Under the pieces are notes generated by a model. The model searched no databases. It saw nothing but the letters and a program-made list of their open reading frames with translations, and was not told the origin of the DNA. This document shows positions 28,101-39,070 of a stretch of DNA of 64,000 nt, in pieces. Within the stretch, counting starts at the first letter, position 1, and every line of letters starts with the position of its first letter. The DNA is from the human T2T-CHM13v2.0 reference genome, Homo sapiens: NCBI RefSeq assembly GCF_009914755.1, contig NC_060940.1. One strand, written 5' to 3'. Made by a program: the position numbers and the translations under genes.

Positions 28101-30549
28101 ATTAGCATTTTTAAATGGTAAATGGTTTGTTTAATGAATGTTGATTTGTCCACCAGCTTCCACGTCTAGTCCATACCTCCCTTTCCAGCATTGGGAGCCC
28201 TTTGCTAGTTATTTCTATTTGGCTGTGAGAGGTTTTCGTCTGCAGATAAAGAAGTGATCATGGTATCAGAGGTTGAACTTGTGGACTCTGGGGTCAGACA
28301 GTCCTGGGTCCAAGTCCCAGCTCCGTGGCTCGCAGATGGGCAGGTCCTTCTCGTCTGTTCTCTGAGCCTTGCTTTTCTGGTGTGTAATATGAGGATAATA
28401 AGTCACCTACCTCCTTGTGCTGCTGGGAAGATTAAATGAGATGATGATCTCAGGGGCCTAGCACCTATCAAGGGCACACAAAGGCTGGGCTGTACCTGTT
28501 ACCACTCCTGTTGCTAAGGCACGCTAGCACCCCAGGGCCAGCCCATGTGAAACCACTCTGCACAAAGCAGGCTTCTTCTCCCTTCCACCTTTAAATCGAA
28601 AGCACCACCTTTCTCCCAGTTATCCAAGCAGAGACCCTGGACTCCTCCTTCCCCTCCATGTCTCGCTTCCTGTTCCAGAATGGCTCTTGAATCAGCCCTT
28701 CCTCTCGCTGCCCAGGCCACTGCCCCAGTGAGGCAGCCTTCCCTCTTCCCAGTGTTCGTACGGTGCTCCTCACCAAGGTGGTCTCCCTGCCTCTTCCTCC
28801 CAATATTCCACCCTGTTTGCCGCTGACACTGTTGTCAAAGGCTTCCTTTCTGAATCAGAAACCTGGGGCTCCTGGGTAGTTGTTTGGGGGAGACCACCTT
28901 GCACAGGCAAGGCTCGGCTGTCACTGGCGTCTTCCTTGGTTATAAATAACAGGCTCTATTCTTAGCCAAACAGCAGTTAATTCTCTTCCCGTACCTTCCA
29001 GAGCCTCTATTAGGGACCTTGGCCGTCCTTACTGGAGACAGGCCATTCCTTGGCCTTTGGCAGGACCCATTCCTTTGATACGTGATCAGAAAATTCAATT
29101 ATAAAGCCAATTACTGATTTCCTGAGCTTTACAAGGGAGACTGGAAAGTTTGATTAAGTTTGAATTTGTGTTTGGCTGATTGCCAGCCAAAACCGAATGG
29201 GCTTGTGGGAGAGTTCTGTTGTTGCTGATTCTGTTCCTGTTTTGTGGCAGCTCTCTTGGGGTGGGGGCAGGCACACTGGTGTTGTGTTGTGGGTTTTTTT
29301 TAGACCCCCTTACTTGCTGAATGGCTATTCCTCTGTTGTGATGCATGAGATGTAAATCCCCCAAAGACTGGTTGCCAGAGCGACGGGCTGGAATTGAGCT
29401 CAGCTAAACAAAGTCCTTCAGCTTTGAAGGGAGAAGCGCTTGTTTCCCATGTGGAGTTGAGTTATAGTGGCCCTCAACAAGGCTGCATTCAAGGATGCCT
29501 GCATGAACAGGCATGCAGAGGGGGTCGCTGAGCCTGCTGGAGGATCTTAAGCGGCGTGTCTGGGCTCTAACTGCCTCTAGGACCTACCCAGGGGGACACA
29601 CAGATGCTGAGCCTGAGGATCAAGGCTATTCAGGGTGCCTCTGCCCAGCTGGTCACCCTCACCCTAGAACCTGCAGGACTGGCCTTCAAACAGTGACAGC
29701 CTGCTGGGCTCCAGCTAGAGCCCAGCACAGGTGGGGATTGAAAAGCAACCCTTTGTCTCTAGCCAAAGTACTTGCTTTTTTAGATACTTCTGGGAAACCA
29801 AACAGAGCCCGTGATGGGACCAGGTTGGAGTTCCAGGTCAGAATCTGAGTTGTTTCTGGAGACCCAAGTTCCTTCCCTAGCAATAAAATGAGGGAATCCC
29901 AGTTCTCTGGAAGCTGTAGCCATCCCACAACTCTTCCTACAAGGTATACATTATTCAGGAGAGATGGTGGGGCCCCACTTCAAAGCGTCTCCCTCATGCC
30001 TAAAATCTCCCAGTTAGAGCCCTTTGGGTGTTAAAGGTTTTTAGGTCTCTAAGAATCCTGGTTAAAGTACTAATACTCCTGGAAGGAGAAGCGTCTACCA
30101 GTAGGGATTAGCCATCAGCTAACTGAGAAAACCGCCCTTTGGGAGTAGGACACGGGATTCCCTGTACCCAGGGTGGGGTCAGATAAACTCCACCTGCCTC
30201 CCAGCTTGCTTGAGGCAAGATCCAAATGTGACCTCTTGCACCAGAAACATTAATATCTCTAACATTCGTATCTGGTGTGATGTACCAGAGCTCACAGAAC
30301 ACTCACGCCCTGCCCTGTACCCTCATCCATACAGCAAGCTCATGAGCCGGCACCACCTTGACCCCCGGTTGCAGACAAGGAAGCCAAGGCTCAGGGAGGC
30401 CAACCACCTTGCCCAGCATCACACAGCTGGGAGTACAGATTTTGGACTCAGACCTGGGATTTCTAAATCCAAACCCAAACCTGTTTTCTGTGCGCACAGC
30501 CACCCACCCGGTGGATGACATGGACACTGCGCACCTGTTTTGTCTAACT

Positions 30550-30550
<1 letters not shown>

Positions 30551-30598
<48 letters not shown>
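30551..30598. repeat. (GT)24 microsatellite
   Basis: Direct reading. Confidence 0.97.
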
Positions 30599-30601
<3 letters not shown>

Positions 30602-30912
30602 CATGTGTTTAAAAGGTGGGAATTTTTTGTTAAGTTTGAATTTCAGTTCTTTTCTTTTCTTTTTTAAATGAAAGTGTTATAGCATCCTGGTGGAGTTGTA
30701 ATTAGGAAATTCTGGGTTAGTCAGCTAGGCAGAATTGAAAAATAACCCGGCAGTGCTGGTTGGAGTACTTTTTCCCCTCCTTAGAAATTCAGGTTTTGTC
30801 AAACTAGGGAGGAGGGAGTTGTGAAGATGGAAAAATGTGTGCAGCTGGGCTGGGTCAGGGAGTGTGTATTCTCTTCTTTATGTAGAACTAGACGATTAAA
30901 AAAATAGTTATC

Positions 30913-31209
30913 GAGTGGGAGTGCTGGCTCACGCCCATAATCCCAGCACTCTGGGAGGCAAAGGTGGGCGGATCACTTGAGCCCAGGAGTTTGAGACCAG
31001 CCTGGGAAACACAGCAAGACCCTGTCTCTACAAAATAAAAATAAAAAATTAGCCAGCCATGGTGGTGCGTGCCTGTGGTCCCAGCTACTGGGGAGGCCGA
31101 GGTGGGAGGATCACTTGAGCCCAGGAGGTCGAGGCTACGGTAAGCCATGTTCACGCCACTGCACTCCAGCCTGGGCAACAGGGCGAGACCCTGTCTCAAA
31201 AAATAAAAT
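30913..31209 (+). mobile_element. Full-length AluJ
   Basis: ggatcacttgagcccagg in both arms; perfect TSD AAAATAGTTATC at 30901-30912 and 31210-31221. Confidence 0.95.
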
Positions 31210-31656
31210 AAAATAGTTATCTTTGTGTAGGATGATCTTCCGTATGTGCAGACATGAGGCAGCCTGTGAAAGATGGTAAGGAAACAGGTGAAGAGGAACC
31301 CTGGCTGGGTCCCAGGCTTTGGCAGGAAGAGGATGCGAGCCCCAGATGTGGGTTAAGGGCTCTCAAACCAGGCGCATGCAGAGAGACTCCATTGTCACCT
31401 CCCTTCCAGCTTGCCCTTATTGATCAGCGACAGTGATGATGACAAGGGCAGTAACAACTTCCCCCACACGTGGGGCATATATGCCAGGCTCTGAGACACT
31501 CCGTCATTTCTGTGTTACCCTGACAGTCTTCATTTTAATAGTGATATGCTTATTTTAATAAGAATCCAAAACATAGCCCATCTAGCTCATGACTGCCCAG
31601 ATATTAGAATGGGGCCAAAGTATGGGTTTAACTTTTTTTAAAAAATGAGTTAATTA

Positions 31657-32141
<485 letters not shown>

Positions 32142-33032
32142 CTACAGTCACACAGCTGACAGATGGCAGAGCCAGCAACAAGACCCAGGCTTGCCTAACT
32201 CCAAAGGCAAGGCTTGGGGCTGCCATCCAGGTGAACATTCCTACCTTCACTCTCCAGATGAAGCCCTCAGCGCTGGGTTAGCTAGCCTTCCTGGGGCTGT
32301 CCAACCCTGGAGAGAGAAGGCCTTTCTCACTGCTTTCTGAAGCATGAACAGAGGCGGATCCCACTCTAGGGAGGTAGGGCCCTGGGGCCTGCTTCCTCCG
32401 ATCTGCTGCGTCTAACTCTCTCAAATAAAAGCCTTTTCAGAAAGGGCCTGGCATGAGGCTGCATGTGACTGGCAGGGCTGTGACTGCCAAGGCTTCACTG
32501 TGCTTCCTCACCCTTGCCCCAGCCCCACCCAGCCCGAGGCAGCCCCCACCTTCCTTTCTTCCCTGATCTCTCTTAGCTCTTCCTTTCTTTCTTTTTTGTC
32601 TCTGAATCATTTTTTCCAATAAGCTGTTGATTGTCTGTTGAATAATTCTCTGAATGATTTCTAAAAGCCTCCTGATCACTGAAACCTCAGAGTTGGAAAC
32701 ACATTTATATTTATGTGGAACTGAGCTTTTAGAACATTATTAAATTTGCATGGGGAACTAGCAGAGTAGCCACTTCCACACAATCCAGATGATGAGGAAG
32801 CATCATCTTCAGGAGGATGGAAATAGTTCCACAAGCCACTCTGCCTGGCTTATTACTCTGCTGGGAGAAATCAGCACAGTCTACCTGGGGGTCCAGAGGC
32901 AGCATTGACCCAGACAATCTGAGCAAATGCTGTGGCTTAGAAACCACTCAGATGCCTGTGTTTTATAATTGGCCAGCTTCCTAACCTGGGATTCTGGAGC
33001 TGCCACCTCAGAAATGGAAGGCAGATTGGGGT

Positions 33033-33033
<1 letters not shown>

Positions 33034-33083
<50 letters not shown>

Positions 33084-33100
33084 CGCGCACGCACATGTGC
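33034..33100. repeat. Compound (GT)20(GC)7 alternating purine-pyrimidine tract
   Basis: Direct reading. Confidence 0.97.
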
Positions 33101-36100
33101 TTGTGAGTGTGTCTGTGTCCACGTGTAGCTGGATGTGTAGTTCCTGTGGGTGGTTTAGTGTGTGCATGACTACATGCCTTCTCTCTCTAAGGAGAGAGGC
33201 TGTAGCTTTTGTCCCATGTCAAAAGGGCCACTTGCACTAATGACCTACTATGTACCAGCTGTGTAAGCTGCTAGCTGAGGCCTCTGAGCAGGATAATTCT
33301 CATAGAATTTAGAGTTGAGAAAAGAGAAACAAACAGGAAAGGCTGTAGATAGTGGTCAGGCGGTACAGAGAATTTAAATAAATGAGTGGCTTCTCTCAGT
33401 CAAAGTGGTACCAGCTGGCCCCTGGCTGCAGCTCACCACGGCCAACTGTGTGACATAGTAACAGTTAACCTCCACTGACTGGTCACCGTGCTCCAGGCAC
33501 TGTCTTAAGTGGCTTGTATTCATTCCTTTAATCCTCATAACACCCTGAGAAGTTGGGACTATTTAAACAGATTAGAATGCTAAGGTTTTGTGAGGTCACA
33601 CAGAGAGCGAGTGACAGAGTCCAGACTGAATCTGGGGTTACTCACCTCCAAATGCTTCCCTGGGTAAAATACTGGCCTCTCCAGACTTTATTTTTCTCAT
33701 CTTTAAAATGGGTTGATTCTTATTTGGCCTATCCCTGACCAAAAAAAATAATATTTTTTAAAATATAAACTTTTACACAAATCGATCTGAAAATCAGCAT
33801 CCTGCTCCCACTTGGCTCTGGTGCCCTTGATGGAGCTGAAGTCTGTCTGGGTGGTTCCTGAGTTTTCTCAGATTCCTTCAGGGCTGCCAGTTGAACCACC
33901 AATGTGTGGAGTTTTACTTAAGCCTCATTTTATAAATCAGACCATTTGACTTGTCTCCCACTAACTTGTCAAAGTTCCAGCGAGCAAGTTTTAGTTCCAG
34001 AAGCCAGATGCTTGCCACTGCCAGCTCCCTGAGGTGGGCGTTCTCACCAGCCCCATTCCCTGCTGAGCAGCCACGGGCCCATCTCCCAGCCCAGGGCAAG
34101 GCCACATTTCCTCAGACCTCTGAGAGCTCTGAAGTCAGCCTGTGTGGCTGGGGTGGATACAGGCCAGCTGAAGTGGACAGAGGATACCGGTGAACAATAA
34201 AAATAACAGATAGCTATGGCAGTCAGGTAAACAGAGTTTGGGCTTACGCTAACAATACGATTGATGGGGTGGGTTTGACCTTTTTTTGTTTCAAGCCATA
34301 CCAAGAATACCAGTGGACCGTGTCACATACCTCAGTCAAAACAAAAGTGACTTGGATTTGCTTTTGAGGGTCAAAGAAAGGCCTTACAGAAGGGATGTGG
34401 GGGAGCCGGAAGCACAGACTTCGGGGGTCAGAAAGATCTAGACTCAAACCCCAGCTCTTGCTTCCAGCTCTGAGCCCTGGGCCCCCTTTTTCCTCTGACT
34501 TGCTGTCAGTGATTTCTTCAGGGCATGAAGAGGCTGCAAGAAGGGCTTTCTCTGTTTGCCCTCTAAGCGCTTACCACAGAAGCTTGGCATTTTTCCATTA
34601 TTTTTATGTATGTGCATGTGTGTGGAGGGAGATTGGGTTTTTTTAATTTTTCAGTTGCATTTTTTTTGTTTTGTTTTGGTGAGTTCTTCTTTACCAAAAC
34701 CCTGACGTGTGCTTGTTTTATTGTGCTTCTCTTCCCAGTGGAACACAGCTAAACCATTCTGCCCGGCGGAGTGGCTCAGTCAGAGTGCCAGATGTGGGTG
34801 ATTCATAAGCGTAGTGGCCATCATGTTGAATTGTTACTATTGTCACTGAGTGTGCTGAGCACCTGACTGCACTAACTTGTTTAGAACTCAGCCGTCTGTG
34901 AGGTGCACACTGTCACCACCCCCAATTTACAGACGAAGATACTGAGACCCTAATAGGCCTGCTCCCAAATGACTGCTCACAGCGTTACTCCCTTGATGTG
35001 GAGGTGTGGGCAGAAAGTCCTGGGGCTCTGAACGCCCCCGCCCAGGGGTCCTGCCTGTGGGTCATCCAGCAGCAGCACCTCTGTCCAGTCCCACACTGAT
35101 GTGAACAGTCTTCTCTGATCTACAGCTCACAATCTACTTCAGCCCCACTGTCACCCTCTCCCCACTTGTGTGCCGTGTTCAGTCCTCAGGGACCCCAGAA
35201 CCAGCCCAAGCAGACTAAGGTTCCCTGGGTTCTAGAATCTTGATAGCTCAAACCACTGGCCTCTCCCTGAAGGGTTTCGACACACCCCCCCACCACCCAC
35301 CTCCTCTCTAGCCTCTGCTTCCCAGCCAGCCCTACCTCCTTCCCAGGATCCACCAGCTAAGCCACCAGTGACCCTGGAACAGTGAACTAGCCCCGCCTCT
35401 CTGTGCCTCAGTTTCCCAACTTGTATGATGAGGGAGCATAGACAGAAGCAGTTCTATGGGCCCCTCCAGCTCAGACATTCTCCAAACCCCCATCATCTCT
35501 CATTTGACAACTGCAGTGGCCTCCTTGGAGTGCTCCCTGGAGCCACTCTTCCAGGCCTCCCAGCCCCATCTGGCTATACACAGCAGCCAGCATGAGCTTT
35601 TGAAACAATATTATTTCATTCCCACCTTTAAAACCCTCCGTGACTTCCTACCACACATAGAATAAAAGCCAAACTCCTTCCCATGGCCAACAGTACCCTA
35701 CATGACTGGGGGTCACGCCCGGGCTCCCTCTTCTCAGAAGGTGCTTTGAACACAGCCAGCCCGCCAGCCCCTGGCTGCTAGGAGCTGCTGCCGTGTTGCC
35801 AATACCATCACTGTGTGTATTGATTTCTCACCCAACTGGTGTCCTTAACTTCATATTTATGGCTTGCCCTGACATTTCCCTTCTCTTACATGTTCCAAAT
35901 TATTAAAAACAGCTGCTTTATAATTAATTGAGCAAATCACAGAAAAACACTTTTTTTCTGTCTATAAATAATTCCACCTTAACTTTTCTGGGAGGATAAA
36001 ATGCTGTGACAAGGAACCAGCACACACCTGGTATCTACTATCTCCTCCCCAGCCTGGACTTGAATTCATCTGAACCATCTCTGGTTCTCTCCCCGGCCTG

Positions 36101-36721
36101 AAACGGGACCTCCACGCGCAGCCGAAGTGGGGTCGGTGGAGAAGGGTCGCAGGATTCCTGAGCAGCTTTTGACTGCTCGTTCTGCCTGCCTGTGGACTGC
36201 TTCCCATGATTTCACCACTGCCTTTTGTATGCTGAGCTCTGTGCCCTGTCCCATGCTGGGGTGGGGTGTGCCAGGGGAAGACATCACTCCTGCCCCAGAG
36301 GAATCACAGTCTTGTTTTCCAGATGGACACTTGGAGACCCAAGCAACCAAGTGGTGTGATGCTGAGCTCAGGGTGGGGTCAGAGGAGAGCCCCATGTGGA
36401 GGCTGGCGGGCAGCCTTCCCATAGCAAGACCCCCACCAGCGAGGCTTGCCACACAAAACGGGTGACCAGCTGCCCCAAGAGTCAGCTCTCTGTGTTCCCT
36501 GCAAGGGGCTCTGCTGAGGCCAGCATTTTCTGTGTGGACAGACCCTGACATGGGAGAGGCTGGGAAGCACCAGAGCATGAGCTGGCATCTTGGGTGGGCA
36601 GTGACTTCACCCTCTGGAGCAGTAGAGCCCCTCGTGACTGTCAGACAGTTTATGGACTTACACCCTTGACAAAGCATCACAAAGCATGATGGCTGACAGC
36701 GACCTCAGAGATGATCACATC

Positions 36722-36911
36722 TAAAGGGTGACACGGATTTGTCTTGTGTGCTTGCTATCATTGACCCCCAGCTCTTGTCCCCGGCAGTCACTGTATTTCA
36801 TTCATGGCACTGAATCTGCCCTCAGAGTTCTCTCAGGATAGCCATTGCCCCAGGCAGCCACTACCGGTTGGTTGCAGTCAGCCCTCAAGTTGAAGCCAGT
36901 TTCCCACCTCT
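36722..36911 (-). mobile_element. MER102-like hAT-Charlie element
   Basis: catggcact...cctcagagttctctcag...ccaggcagccactacc...tttcccacctctg. Confidence 0.5.
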
Positions 36912-38239
36912 GATCTACCCAATGCGACACCCTCATTTTATAGACGCTGGCAAGGGAAAGGGCACTGAAGAGCCACAGCAGAACACCTATCTTGCACCCC
37001 GAGCTTTCTAACCCCCTACTTCATTGCTTTTTAGATCTTTCCCTACCAAGCCCTACCAAGTTCATTCACTTGGCAAATGTTTACTGAGCACCTACTGTTT
37101 GCCCAGTTTGTTGGTACATCCTGGATACAAGAGGGCGCCTGGTATAGGAGCCCAGCATCCAGTGGAGAGACTTGTAAACACAGAACACAGAGGCTGGTGG
37201 GAGCCACACTCACTGCCACCCTCACCGGGGAGAGCAGAGACCCTGCTGCCCCAGACTTCAGGGAGCCCCCTGCGTCTGCTTTTCTTGATCCTCAGGGCTT
37301 TGCCCATGGTACTGAGGGCCTGTGTTCTCTTTAATCCTTCCTGCCATCCCAGGCAGGCAGATTGCAGGTCCCTCTTCAAGCTGGTGCTCTTGAAATATTG
37401 TTCATCATTTATTCAGCAGGTCCAGGAAGATGCCATTAATGAAACTTGTTTCTTTATTGTTCAAAATACGGGATATATTAGATGTGCTGGACTTAACATA
37501 ACACTTTAACATTGTTGGGAGCTGGCTTTCATGTCCATTGTTCCTAACAAGAGAAGACTGGTGCCTCACAGCCCCTGAAAGGACAAGAGCCCATAATTAC
37601 ACAATTAGGCTCAAACATCAGTTTACAACTTTTTTTTTAATGTGGGCAAACTTCACTTTTCTGTCTAGTTCATGTTTTTTCTTGTTTTCATTCACAACAT
37701 TCCAAACCAGGTAACTTCTTAGGAGGAATATTAGTGGGTTTGAAATTTACATAATAAACAAATGCCTCCACCCCAGAAGACAGCCCTGTATCATCCATGA
37801 CTCAGTTTCAGAGTTTCACCGACCAACCACTTCGGCTGGCTGAGAGCTGGTGGCCTGGCCCATGCCTACACGTGCAGTCTGCACAGGTGGGGTTGTGTTG
37901 ATACTCAGCTGAATAGGTGGGTGACAAGGAAGGACACTGTCCACCTCCACTGGAGTGCATCAGCACTCGTTTCTCCAGTTGCTCTGGAAGCATCCAGGAC
38001 AGGTAGGGTTAGCCGGCCCCTTATTCTGCTCCCCCTGTGACATTGCAGCTACCCTCATGGCTGGTATGCCCCACAGCCTGGCTCTCTTGGATCTCCTGTT
38101 GAGGTAAGCAGAGACCTTGAGAACAGGCTCTGGGCCATTTCTCCTCTGCTTCCTGACCCCACTTTCAGCTCACCCCGCCAGACCTTGCAAGGATGAGGAG
38201 ATGGTACCTAGTGCCCATCTCAACGTATAGCCTGGAGTC

Positions 38240-38670
38240 CATTTATTCCATGAGCAGCATCTTGTAACTGAACACAATAGTTAATGAAGCAGATGTAGGC
38301 CCTGCCCTCACAGAGCTTACAATTCCCCTAGGAAGAGAAACAGTCATCAAGGAAACAAACCTGTCTAATTACACCTTGCAATAAGTGCTGTTAAAGAAAA
38401 GAAAATCATGTTAGGATGAGAAAAACTTTTGCTTTAGATTGGGAGATGGGGGTGATCAGGGAAAGCCTTATCTTGGGGGTTAAAGTGAGACTGGAAAAAT
38501 AAGAAGGAGACAATCTGGCAAAGACTCGAGTCCAGGAGGAGCCAGTGCAGAGGCCCCTAGTGGAAATGAGGCTGGTGTGTGTGCAAAGCCTAGAAAGGGA
38601 TGGGCGGAGGGCAGTGGGTGAGGCTCAGGGGAGGAACGACCTTGACCCCACATGGCCTTGTAGATAGAGT
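38240..38670 (-). mobile_element. L2 fragments
   Basis: ggccctgccctcacagagcttacaatt...ataagtgctgttaaagaaaa...tcagggaaagcct. Confidence 0.6.
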
Positions 38671-38730
38671 TTGGAATGATGGAGAGAGAACCCCAACTCC
38701 CAGCCCCAGGGAGAGCTCCACCTCAGGGGC

Positions 38731-39070
38731 TGTATTTGTTTCCCAGGGCCGTCATAACAAAGCATAATCACAGTTCTGAAGGCTGGGAGTCTGAGATCAG
38801 GGTGCTGGCAGGGTTGGTTTCTTCTGAGGCCTCTGCTCCTTGGCTTGTAGATGGCTGTTTTCTCCCCATCTTCACATGGCCTTCCCTCCGTGTGAGTCTG
38901 TGTCTTAATCTCTATAAGGACGCCAGTCCTATTGGATTAGAACCCATCTAATCATTTTAACAGAATTGCCTTTTTAAAGACCCTGTCTCTAAATACAGTC
39001 ACATTCTGAGGTCCTGGGGGTTAGAACTTCAACCTGTGAGTTTTGGGGGAACACAGTTCAGCTCCTAACA
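38731..39070 (-). mobile_element. MLT1B/C-type MaLR solo LTR, internally deleted
   Basis: tgtatttgtttcccagggcc...ggttggtttcttctgaggcctct...gggggaacacagttcagctcctaaca. Confidence 0.82.
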
